From the NCBI GenBank assembly GCA_043816965.1, contig JBDRHK010000076.1:1-28915 (forward strand): 28,915 nucleotides of DNA. The letters are read 5' to 3'. This document shows, piece by piece, positions 18,669-26,819 of the stretch. A model generated the notes under the pieces. The model was not told where the DNA came from, did no database searches, and worked only from the letters and a program-made list of their open reading frames with translations. The DNA is from Candidatus Iainarchaeum sp. (GTDB lineage Archaea > Iainarchaeota > Iainarchaeia > Iainarchaeales > JAFCCJ01). The first letter of the stretch is position 1; every line of letters starts with the position of its first letter. The translations under genes and the position numbers were made by a program.

Positions 18669-19321
18669 CTTTTTTGAACAGGCTGGTTATTTTCGATTTG
18701 GACGGGACTCTCGCAGACACATACAAAAGCCTTTTTGATTCTGCAAATGAGGCGGCTGTTGAACTTGGTTATGGGAATATTCCTAAAGGGCTTTTTGATA
18801 AGACAATTGGAATGCCTTATGAGCCTGCAGTGGAATTAATGCTTTCAATAAAGGACAAGGAAAAAGTGGACGAATACATCAATTCTTTCAGGGAGATCTA
18901 CGACCGGAAATGCACAGAAACAGAACTTTATCCAGGCGTGGAAAGTGCTTTGAGGGATCTGCGGGGCAAGGGTTTTTTAACCGCAATTTCAACAACCAAA
19001 CCAACTGTTTATGCGATGAAAATACTGAGGCATTTTGGAATTGACAATCTTTTTGATGTTGTTGTGGGAAGCGAACTCGAGGAACTGGAAAAGGAAAAGC
19101 CTGAGCTGGTTAAAACAGCCCTGGACAAATTGCGTTTTGAGGGAGATGCGATTATGGTTGGGGATACTGTTTATGATGTAATCGGGGCAAGGAAGAATGG
19201 TTTGGGGGCATTGGTTTTCCTAAATGGCATGAATTCTCGGGGAGAATTTGAGAAAAGCCCCCCTGATAGCTTTTTTCAATCTTACGGGGAACTAATTAAT
19301 CTATTGGAGGGGCGAAAATGA
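18665..19321 (+). CDS. HAD-superfamily hydrolase (phosphoglycolate phosphatase/nucleotidase-like)
   Basis: FDLDGTL (motif I), STTK, KP, VGDTVYD. Confidence 0.92.
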   Translation: MTFLNRLVIFDLDGTLADTYKSLFDSANEAAVELGYGNIPKGLFDKTIGMPYEPAVELMLSIKDKEKVDEYINSFREIYDRKCTETELYPGVESALRDLRGKGFLTAISTTKPTVYAMKILRHFGIDNLFDVVVGSELEELEKEKPELVKTALDKLRFEGDAIMVGDTVYDVIGARKNGLGALVFLNGMNSRGEFEKSPPDSFFQSYGELINLLEGRK

Positions 19322-19839
19322 AGTTAAAGATCGGGGTAAGCGGTTCTGCTGTTGAGCTTGATAAGGAAGTATTGGGCAAGGCAAGGGAATTGGGAAAAGA
19401 AATTGCAAAGAATGGGGCCTTTGTCATTACCGGCGCGACAACAGGAATTTCACTTGAGGCCGCAATAGGGGCAAGGGAGAATAAGGGATTTATTATAGGC
19501 GTTTCCCCTGCGGAAAATGAAAGGGAGCACCAGAGCCTTTATGGCTATCCGTTGGAGGAATTTGATTCAATTGTTTTTACGGGTTTGGGCATTAGCGGCA
19601 GGAATGTCACATTTATACGGAGCTGCGATGTGGTGGTTTTTGTTGCCGGAAAGGTTGGAACCCTGAATGAACTTACAATTGCGCTGAACGAGGGCAAAAA
19701 GATCGGGGTGTTAACCCACACAGGCGGAATTTCCGACAAAATCGCGGAGATAATAAAACTCGTTGGCAAGAAGGCCGATGATGTGGTTTTCGCGGAAGAC
19801 CCGAAAAAATTGGTGAAAGAGCTGCTGGGAAAGAAATAA
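19318..19839 (+). CDS. LOG/SLOG family nucleotide-binding protein (TIGR00725-like)
   Basis: IGVSGS, ITGATTG, TGLG..GRN, GKVGTLNEL. Confidence 0.88.
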   Translation: MKLKIGVSGSAVELDKEVLGKARELGKEIAKNGAFVITGATTGISLEAAIGARENKGFIIGVSPAENEREHQSLYGYPLEEFDSIVFTGLGISGRNVTFIRSCDVVVFVAGKVGTLNELTIALNEGKKIGVLTHTGGISDKIAEIIKLVGKKADDVVFAEDPKKLVKELLGKK

Positions 19840-19870
19840 ATACACCTGCGCCCTTTTTCTATCCGGTATT

Positions 19871-21394
19871 ATGCCTGAGAAGTATACGCAGAAAATGAAG
19901 GCCAAGCTCCTTGATATTGAGGCAGGGAAACTGATTGCCATAATGAATGAGATTGACGCAAAGGAATTTGGCATTTTTCCGCTGGACAGGGTGGAACTGA
20001 TGAACCACAGGACAAAGAAATCTGTGGTTACTGTTGTTGATACAACCGACACAATGGTAGGTGAGGACGAGGTAGGTATTTTTGCTGATGTTAGCAGGCT
20101 TCTTGATGCGAAGGAATCTGATTCATTGGAGGTTATGGCTGTTGGAAAGCCAAAGAGTGTTGAATTCATAAGGAAGAAGATGGATGGCAAAAAACTATCG
20201 CCAGATGAAATAAAGGCAATTATTGATGACTTTTCCTCAAACAGGCTGTCGGAAATTGAGGCCAGCGCATTTATCTCCGCAATTTACATACTTGGAATTA
20301 GTTTAGATGAAATTGTCTCCATGACAAAGGCGCTGATATCTGATGGCAAGCAGCTCAGTTTTGAGGGCGGGCCTGTCCTTGACAAGCACTCGGTTGGCGG
20401 GGTGAATGGAAGGGCAACAATGATTATTGTGCCGATAATTGCCGCCGCAGGCTATCTCATTCCCAAAACATCCTCCCGCTCAATAACTTCAGCTTCAGGA
20501 ACGGCTGATGCCATGGAAGTTCTTTGCAATGTTTCCCTAACCCTTGAGGAAATTAAGGAGATAACTGAGAAGGTCGGGGGGGTAATTGCATGGGGCGGCG
20601 CAGTTGATTTGGCCCCTGCTGATGACAAGATAATAAAAATTGAGCATCCCCTCTCCCTTGATCCTGAAGGGCAGGTAATTGCATCAGTAATGGCAAAAAA
20701 GGCAAGTGTAGGGGCAAAGTTTGTGGTTATTGATTTGCCTGTGGGGCCAGATGTAAAGGTCAAGAGCAGGGAGCAGGCCGAGGAAATGGCCCTGAAATTT
20801 CTGGAAGTCGGTAAAAGGCTGGGAATGAAACTGGAGGTTGTCCTTACAAATGGTTCTGAACCAAGCGGCAAGGCATTTGGGCCTGCGCTGGAGGCAAAGT
20901 ATGTGATGGAAATCCTTGAGGGAAAAATTTCGGACAATCTCCTGAAAAAAAGTTGCGAGCTTGCAGGAACCCTGCTTGAATTGGCGGGCGGGGCAAAAAG
21001 AGGAGAGGGCTGCAGGATGGCAACAGGTTTAGTGAGGTCAGGGGAGGCACTTAAAAAAATGCAGGAAATAATCCAGGCCCAAGGAGGAAAAATTTTAAGT
21101 TCTGAGGAAATAAGTTTGGGAAAGTTCAAGAGGACAATTGATTCTGAAACCGAGGGCGTGGTGAACAAAATAAATGTAACTCTCCTGAACAACATTGCAA
21201 GAATTGCCGGGGCACCTGCACACAAAAGGGCAGGAGTTATGCTGTTTATTGACGACTCAGACCATGTGAAAAAGGGAGACCCATTATTTGAAATCTATGC
21301 TGAGAATGAGAGGAAGATTGAGCTTGCCGAAAAATTCGCCAGGCAGCATGCGGTTGTGGAAATGGAAAGGGTTATCCTCGGTAAATTCGGTTAA
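19871..21394 (+). CDS. deoA: AMP/NMP phosphorylase (archaeal DeoA family)
   Basis: N-terminal double-psi-barrel-like extension, DKHSVGGV, IPKTSSRSITSASGTAD, WGGAVDLAPADDKII, SVMAKK. An alternative start at 19895 is possible. Confidence 0.93.
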   Translation: MPEKYTQKMKAKLLDIEAGKLIAIMNEIDAKEFGIFPLDRVELMNHRTKKSVVTVVDTTDTMVGEDEVGIFADVSRLLDAKESDSLEVMAVGKPKSVEFIRKKMDGKKLSPDEIKAIIDDFSSNRLSEIEASAFISAIYILGISLDEIVSMTKALISDGKQLSFEGGPVLDKHSVGGVNGRATMIIVPIIAAAGYLIPKTSSRSITSASGTADAMEVLCNVSLTLEEIKEITEKVGGVIAWGGAVDLAPADDKIIKIEHPLSLDPEGQVIASVMAKKASVGAKFVVIDLPVGPDVKVKSREQAEEMALKFLEVGKRLGMKLEVVLTNGSEPSGKAFGPALEAKYVMEILEGKISDNLLKKSCELAGTLLELAGGAKRGEGCRMATGLVRSGEALKKMQEIIQAQGGKILSSEEISLGKFKRTIDSETEGVVNKINVTLLNNIARIAGAPAHKRAGVMLFIDDSDHVKKGDPLFEIYAENERKIELAEKFARQHAVVEMERVILGKFG

Positions 21395-22196
21395 AGAGCT
21401 CTGCAAATTCCTTAACAGAAAGCAGGTTCAGTTTTTTGTTTGCCAGTTTCTCATTCTTCAATTCATTCTCAATTTCCTTTTTGCCTATTTTCAGTTTCTT
21501 TCCGGATTCCTTTTGGACATTTTCCAGGGCATTGCATAGGTTCTTGTTCCTGTACCTGAAAAGGGATTTCAGGAAAAGGTAAAACATTTGGTTGTCCATC
21601 TTAATTTTCTCTTTTTTGCGTTCCAGGACAACAATTGAATGGAAAGAATTGGGCTTTGGGAAAAAGAATTTGGAGGAAATGTTGCTTCTCTTAACATCCG
21701 CCTTGCAGAGGTACTGCAACAGAATTGTAATTGCGCTGTAATCCGAAAATCCTGGTTCAGAGATTAGCCTCTCTGAGAAATCCTCCCCCAATAGGAGCAC
21801 TGCCTTTGTAAATTGGTTCATCAGCAGCTCTGCTACAATCTCCCCGCAAATATTTTGGGGAGGGTATGAGACAATTTTACTGAACCCATTCCAATCTTTC
21901 CCTATAAAACTGCCCTCAACAATCTCGACATTTCCGGGCATTTTCTCCCTAAGAATTCTGCAAAGGGTTGGGTCTATCTCTGAGGCGGTTACCTTCCCGC
22001 ATTTTTCAGAAAGTTTTCTGGTTATGAAGCCTGTGCCTGCACCAATATCCAGAACCCTGTCTTTTTTATTCAGGCTGGCAAGAGAAATTAATTCATCTAT
22101 AAGTTCCTCATCCACAGTAAAAAACTGCGCCATCTTGGAACTTGGCCTGAATCGGTACTCAACCATTAGGGAGTTTAGCTCTGAAAACAAATCCAT
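21372..22196 (-). CDS. rsmA: 16S rRNA adenine dimethyltransferase RsmA/KsgA-like (divergent)
   Basis: VLDIGAGTG SAM motif, EIDP, F.PKP; canonical position after DUF655. Start set at ATG 22196. Confidence 0.85.
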   Translation of the reverse strand: MDLFSELNSLMVEYRFRPSSKMAQFFTVDEELIDELISLASLNKKDRVLDIGAGTGFITRKLSEKCGKVTASEIDPTLCRILREKMPGNVEIVEGSFIGKDWNGFSKIVSYPPQNICGEIVAELLMNQFTKAVLLLGEDFSERLISEPGFSDYSAITILLQYLCKADVKRSNISSKFFFPKPNSFHSIVVLERKKEKIKMDNQMFYLFLKSLFRYRNKNLCNALENVQKESGKKLKIGKKEIENELKNEKLANKKLNLLSVKEFAELFNRIYRG

Positions 22197-22224
22197 GAGA
22201 ATAAATAGGGGAGAAGAAATTAAA

Positions 22225-22806
22225 TCATTTCCGAAATTCCCTCGGCCTATCCTCGCCATGCGAGGGGGGCCTTGCAAAGATGTAGTGCTTTTCCTCTTCA
22301 CTTTCCAGTTCCTCAACAATCCGTTTTACCAGGGTATTGACAACATTTGGCATTAGCTTGACCCTTTTGGAGATATCCTCAAAGGACTTAAAATGTTCCT
22401 TCTCCCTCTGCTCAAGAATGCTGAAAACATGCTTCTTTCCCAGCCCTGGGAGAAGCTCAATCTGGTGCCTCTTGATTGTTATTGGTGAGGCATTGTTGAA
22501 AAAATCAACATACTTCTTCTCATTGCCCTTTATGAGGCTTTCAATGGTCTTCTCAATCTCAGAAAGCGCGTTGGAGGTCAGTTCAGAAAACTTAATTCTC
22601 CTCTTTATGTATTCGACCTTGTCCCTTTCCCCCTTGCCGACATAGACCTTTTCCATTGCCTTGAATTCCACCCCTTCTTTAGGGACTATCTCAAGCAGGG
22701 TAAAGTAATCCATCCCTATAACCTGTGCCACAGGCTCGGGCTTGTAACTTGCGGACTTTCCCCTTGGCAGGAAATCCAAAACTAGGGCATTCTCCTCTAC
22801 CTTCAT
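22225..22806 (-). CDS. DUF655 family putative RNA-binding HhH protein
   Basis: VLDFLPRG, FTLLE, HQIELLPGLGKK, FKSFEDI; ATG 22806 follows a GGTGGGGGAG RBS. Confidence 0.92.
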   Translation of the reverse strand: MKVEENALVLDFLPRGKSASYKPEPVAQVIGMDYFTLLEIVPKEGVEFKAMEKVYVGKGERDKVEYIKRRIKFSELTSNALSEIEKTIESLIKGNEKKYVDFFNNASPITIKRHQIELLPGLGKKHVFSILEQREKEHFKSFEDISKRVKLMPNVVNTLVKRIVEELESEEEKHYIFARPPSHGEDRPREFRK

Positions 22807-22841
22807 CTCCCCCACCTTTACCAACTCTCTTAGGAAAAAAA

Positions 22842-23180
22842 TTATTTCCTGCTTTGCTTTGCAACAAGCTCCAGTATTTCCTTCTGTTTGGCCTCGTCCA
22901 GTGAAGAATCCTTAGGAATAAGGACTCTCAGCCTCTCCATGTCCTGAGGGATTGTATCAACAATCTTTAATGCGGTCTTTTTGTCCATGCCCTCTATCTT
23001 ATTCAGATCTCCCAGCAATTTTTCTGCCTTTGCAGGGGAAACCCTTGCAAATTTCTTCACATACTCGTAGGTTAGGTTCTGCTCATAGGAAAGCTCCCCT
23101 TCATTGGATTTTTCCTTCAGGATTTCCTTTACCTTGTAAATAGGAATTTCCTCGCTTGAATTAACCCTTTTTCCAATCAT
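22842..23180 (-). CDS. rpo4: DNA-directed RNA polymerase subunit Rpo4 (F)
   Basis: MIGK, LSYEQ..TYEYVKKF, KIVDTIP; conserved rpl21e-rpo4-DUF655-rsmA order. Confidence 0.93.
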   Translation of the reverse strand: MIGKRVNSSEEIPIYKVKEILKEKSNEGELSYEQNLTYEYVKKFARVSPAKAEKLLGDLNKIEGMDKKTALKIVDTIPQDMERLRVLIPKDSSLDEAKQKEILELVAKQSRK

Positions 23181-23488
23181 TCAATCACTTCCTTTTTTCC
23201 GGTTGCCGCAACTTCCAAATGTGCAGGGCCTATAATCAATTCCCTGTCCAAATTTCCCTTCTTAACATCGACAATATATGCCGAGCCCCTTTTTCCCTTA
23301 ACCTCGCCTGATAGCCCCTGGTATCTTGTTGGGGGAAGCCCTGAATGGTTTGAGCCATCTATCTTAATATGGACCTTTTTCCCTGTTTCTATCTCCTGGA
23401 GTAGCTTGTTCACGGTTGTCTTTGAGCCCCTTTTCCTCATTTTTTTCCTTGAGTTGGACCTTTTCCCCCTTGCCTTCTTATTTGTCAT
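23177..23488 (-). CDS. rpl21e: 50S ribosomal protein L21e
   Basis: G.KVHIKIDGS.HSGLP..RYQG.SG, PAHL. Confidence 0.95.
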   Translation of the reverse strand: MTNKKARGKRSNSRKKMRKRGSKTTVNKLLQEIETGKKVHIKIDGSNHSGLPPTRYQGLSGEVKGKRGSAYIVDVKKGNLDRELIIGPAHLEVAATGKKEVIE

Positions 23489-23579
23489 AATCTCACCATT
23501 TTTCCAAAAATACGTCTAGTTAAATCAAAATACTTAATCAATTGTGCCTGGAAAGCTTTAAAAACGATTGCAGTAATGC

Positions 23580-24305
23580 CTAGAGCTTGTATTTGCTAAT
23601 TAGGGCAAGGGCCAGAATTAATATCGGTAAGCCAATAATTACGAGAATTACGTTTTTTAATATCAGCCCTGCAATTAACAGCACCCAACCAAAAAAGCCG
23701 AGTGCCGCCGCCGAATGTGAGCGGGGATTCCTCATCTGCTTCACCCCGAGCAAATGAGCCGCACCTGCCTTTGAGAGTGCCCTCTCAAACTGGTCCTTGT
23801 TGAGTGTCAGAATCTGGTGAAAAGCCCCTGATTTTTCCTGTAAGTTATAAAGGTCGCCTTCGCCCGAACCGAAACGGTTAAATCTCTGCGTAATTTGGTG
23901 GAAGGTTGATTGCCAGAGCGGGCTGATTGTGCGTATGTTGCCCCACATGAATTCTTTTTCATTCAGGGTAATTCCTTCGGCACTAACCCCTAAAAGTTCA
24001 GGCTGTGCCCACTCCTTGCCAAAAAAATAGGCGAGGAGGGATAAGATAAAACCGATTACAAAAATCATCGAAACAACTAGCAGGGCGATGAATAAAAGCG
24101 AGAAATTGTAGGCTGTTTTAAAATACTCCTCATCCAACGTTTCCGGGCCTATTATGCTCTCTTGAAAATATGCCATTCCTAAAAGGATTATTCCCAGCAC
24201 AATAAGCACAATAAAGGAGCCGATTGCGGTCCTTTTTCCCTCCCATTTCTGCCTCAATGGTTTTGTCCGGCCGTAATGCTCAAGGTAAAGGAATTTCTCT
24301 CCCAT
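23580..24305 (-). CDS. Hypothetical multi-pass membrane protein
   Basis: Two N-terminal TM helices, a soluble middle region and a C-terminal hydrophobic hairpin; ATG 24305 chosen, with a TATA-like TTTATAT about 25 nt upstream. Confidence 0.75.
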   Translation of the reverse strand: MGEKFLYLEHYGRTKPLRQKWEGKRTAIGSFIVLIVLGIILLGMAYFQESIIGPETLDEEYFKTAYNFSLLFIALLVVSMIFVIGFILSLLAYFFGKEWAQPELLGVSAEGITLNEKEFMWGNIRTISPLWQSTFHQITQRFNRFGSGEGDLYNLQEKSGAFHQILTLNKDQFERALSKAGAAHLLGVKQMRNPRSHSAAALGFFGWVLLIAGLILKNVILVIIGLPILILALALISKYKL

Positions 24306-24437
24306 GCAGATTATTTGTTTTTCAACAATATAAACCTGCTGTTGCAACATTTCTTTAGGGGGCGATTTTAATGGATAACCTTAATTCAAAAAAGATACCA
24401 AATAGGTTAAAAAAATATAGAAGAAACGATATCGATA

Positions 24438-24626
24438 ATGAAAGAACTTGATGAAAAAGAGATGTCTGGTTTCATCCTAATTGGAACTAATGACGGGAAG
24501 AAAAACAAATTCCATATTACTTTCAAATCAATGACGCCGTTGACTGTATTTGGCGCTTTAGAACAATACAAGCATATGTATTTTTCCAGAACAACAAAAC
24601 CTAAATCAGGCGAATTAGACGCTTAA
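24438..24626 (+). CDS. Small hypothetical protein (62 aa)
   Basis: ATG ORF with globular-like composition filling the gap upstream of tbp. Confidence 0.55.
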   Translation: MKELDEKEMSGFILIGTNDGKKNKFHITFKSMTPLTVFGALEQYKHMYFSRTTKPKSGELDA

Positions 24627-24760
24627 TATTTTTCATATGAATTTTCGACAAAGCCAATTTCCCCCTTTTTAAATACCTTTTTAAAGCTTTAGCAAGCCAT
24701 TTATATTTGGTTTATAAAGGGGAATTTTCGTTTTTTTCACTTTAACCGCGGGGGGTTCAG

Positions 24761-25297
24761 ATGAAATATACTATTGTTAACCTGGTGGCGTCCGCCAACC
24801 TTAATGCAACATTAGACCTTTACAATTTAGCGATAACAATTCCAAATATAGAGTATGAGCCTGAGCAGTTTCCTGGTGCGATTTTAAAGCTCAAGGAGCC
24901 AAAGGTTTCAATGCTCCTTTTCAAGAACGGGAAGGTAATTTGCTCCGGAGCTTCTTCTGAGAAGGAAATCAGCAATGCAATTTTCAGGGCAAGCAAAATA
25001 ATCCACGAAATCCAGAAAAGTGTTAAGCTTCAGAGGAACGCAAAATTCACTGTTGTTAACCTGGTTGCAACCGCAAACCTGAACATGACCCTGGATTTGT
25101 TCAAAACCGCAATGAGCCTTGACAATGTCGAATATGAGCCTGAGCAGTTTCCTGGTGCGATTTTGCGCCTTACAGATCCCAAGCTGACGCTTCTGCTTTT
25201 CAAGAACGGAAAGCTTATTTGCGCAGGGGCAAAGAAAGAGGAATACCTCAAGAAAGGGCTGAACAAGGCAAGGAAATTGATTAAGGATCTGAAATAG
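24761..25297 (+). CDS. tbp: TATA-box-binding protein
   Basis: Two direct repeats, each with NLVA, EYEPEQFPG and LLFKNGK..C.GA. Confidence 0.98.
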   Translation: MKYTIVNLVASANLNATLDLYNLAITIPNIEYEPEQFPGAILKLKEPKVSMLLFKNGKVICSGASSEKEISNAIFRASKIIHEIQKSVKLQRNAKFTVVNLVATANLNMTLDLFKTAMSLDNVEYEPEQFPGAILRLTDPKLTLLLFKNGKLICAGAKKEEYLKKGLNKARKLIKDLK

Positions 25298-25312
25298 GCT
25301 TTTCCGGAAGTC

Positions 25313-25319
25313 TTTTAAA
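25313..25319 (+). promoter_or_regulatory. Putative TATA box of the 5S rRNA gene
   Basis: TTTTAAA 22-28 nt upstream of the 5S 5' end. Confidence 0.55.
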
Positions 25320-25340
25320 CCTTCAATTTCCCAATTATAC

Positions 25341-25460
25341 TGATTAGCGGCCATAGCTGCAGGGAAACACCTGGTCTCATTCCGAACCCAGAAGTTAAGC
25401 CTGTACGCGAATGGTTGTCCTACGGTTTTTTAATCGGTGGGCTCCGGACGCTGCTAATCA
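25341..25460 (+). rRNA. rrf: 5S ribosomal RNA (stand-alone)
   Basis: Terminal helix TGATTAGCGG/CTGCTAATCA; conserved GCGGCCATAGC, CTCATTCCGAACCCAGAAGTTAAGCC; 120 nt. Confidence 0.95.
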
Positions 25461-25461
25461 C

Positions 25462-25481
25462 TTTTTCTTTAATTTTTCTTT
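25462..25481 (+). terminator. Oligo-T terminator after 5S rRNA
   Basis: TTTTTCTTTAATTTTTCTTT immediately after the 3' end. Confidence 0.6.
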
Positions 25482-25542
25482 GAATTGCGGTAACGAAAGA
25501 TTTTTATAGGTGTAAATATATTACTATATTAGTGAAGTATTA

Positions 25543-25758
25543 ATGACTACACTAAAAATTGTGAAAACCACGCATTACAAAAAATACCACAAAAGATTTA
25601 TTCCCTGGAGCTTGGTTATTGGAACAATATTTACTGGAAAGCAGAAAAGAAAGGGAAAGGATTTTATTGAGTTCAAAGGGAAAAAGGTTTATGTTTTATG
25701 TAAGCGTGATAAGAAAAGGAATATTCTAAAAGTCATTAATGCCAAAAGGGAGGATTGA
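25543..25758 (+). CDS. Putative small RNase toxin (DUF4258/BrnT/RelE-like)
   Basis: 71-aa basic protein with T.HY near the N-terminus and C-terminal LKVINAKR; first gene of a two-gene unit. Confidence 0.5.
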   Translation: MTTLKIVKTTHYKKYHKRFIPWSLVIGTIFTGKQKRKGKDFIEFKGKKVYVLCKRDKKRNILKVINAKRED

Positions 25759-25759
25759 A

Positions 25760-26092
25760 ATGAAATACGAGAAATGTGGAGGAAATCTGAAAAAATTCAA
25801 GGTAGATGTGGAGGACAGCGACCTGCCTAGCGAGGGCTTTGAATGCACTAAATGCGGCGAGCTTTTCTTTGATGAGGAAAAAAGCAAGAAAGTTGTTGAA
25901 GACTTGAAGAGAAAGGAAATCCTTAAGGAATTGCCAGCTTTGAGCATCAAGCAAAAGATAGTTAAGCTCTCCAAGGACAGGCTCGGGTTTTACTTGAACA
26001 AGGACATAGCAAGGTGCACTGGCCTAAAGGCCGGTGAAGAAATCGAGGTAAGTTTGTTGGATAAAAAACGCATTCTTGTTAAAGTGGAATAA
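25760..26092 (+). CDS. Putative antitoxin: YgiT/MqsA-type Zn ribbon fused to AbrB/MazE-like DNA-binding domain
   Basis: ATG 25760 follows GGGAGG; MKYEKCGG...FECTKCGELFF, then KIVKLSKDRLGFYLNKDIARCTGLKAGEEIEV (swapped-hairpin pattern). Confidence 0.65.
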   Translation: MKYEKCGGNLKKFKVDVEDSDLPSEGFECTKCGELFFDEEKSKKVVEDLKRKEILKELPALSIKQKIVKLSKDRLGFYLNKDIARCTGLKAGEEIEVSLLDKKRILVKVE

Positions 26093-26139
26093 ACCTGGCC
26101 AAAAAGCAGGGATGGCTGATTATTTTCTGACTTTTTGGA

Positions 26140-26766
26140 TTACTCAAAGCCATACTGTTTCATGAATTTTTCGTAACCTTTGGGATAATCCCTTTTTATC
26201 CATTCTTGCCATTTTTCAGTCATTCCTGCCTTCTCCATTTCCTCCTTTTCACGTTTCAGGAATTTCCTGAACTCCGGGTTTGAGCGACCCATTTTCTTGC
26301 CCTTAAGCATAAGGTCGGCCACCTTTGCCTCGTGCCTCATGACAAAAAACAGGAATTCATCGGGAATCTTCCTTTCCATGAAAATCACGCCCCAGATAAC
26401 ATGTGCCGGGCTATTTCTCAGCACCTTGCTCTTAAATTTTGACTTGAAACAGACGGGAATTCCGTTATCAACAAAAAAAATAGGTCGGCTGTCTGGCTGA
26501 TCACACGCCGCATTATAAGCCTCACTGTACCTTGACGTGGCTTCATCGCGCAGTAAATAGAGGAATCTTCCCCAACCATCCTTTGTCCGGAGGTCGTAAA
26601 CAGATTCTCCCTGGGGGGTCATGACACGCCTCACTGCCCACTTATGGCCTTTTTTCGAGCCAATATGTATCAAACCAGGATACCAAGATTTATTCTGCAC
26701 CGTGGGTAGTTCGAGTTTTGCCTTTTTGCATTCACGAACCCTGCGGATTTTTCTGGATGAGGACAT
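26140..26766 (-). CDS. Hypothetical basic protein (208 aa)
   Basis: ATG 26766 (MSSSRKIRRVRECKK) lies about 25 nt downstream of TTTATTTAAA; contains FFVMRHEA. Confidence 0.75.
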   Translation of the reverse strand: MSSSRKIRRVRECKKAKLELPTVQNKSWYPGLIHIGSKKGHKWAVRRVMTPQGESVYDLRTKDGWGRFLYLLRDEATSRYSEAYNAACDQPDSRPIFFVDNGIPVCFKSKFKSKVLRNSPAHVIWGVIFMERKIPDEFLFFVMRHEAKVADLMLKGKKMGRSNPEFRKFLKREKEEMEKAGMTEKWQEWIKRDYPKGYEKFMKQYGFE

Positions 26767-26819
26767 TATGAAGAAATGGGAATAACTGAATTTAAATAAA
26801 TTGTTCCTGCTGCTGCAAT

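Noticed and set aside
20452..21225. 257-aa ORF antisense to AMP phosphorylase, and similar antisense ORFs across the pyr operon
   Set aside because: Codon-bias shadows of well-supported sense genes.
21372..21394. 23-nt convergent overlap of AMP phosphorylase and rsmA
   Set aside because: Short 3' overlaps are common in compact archaeal genomes.
22197..22319. N-terminal extension of rsmA in the ORF track
   Set aside because: It overlaps DUF655; ATG 22196 gives a normal-length protein.
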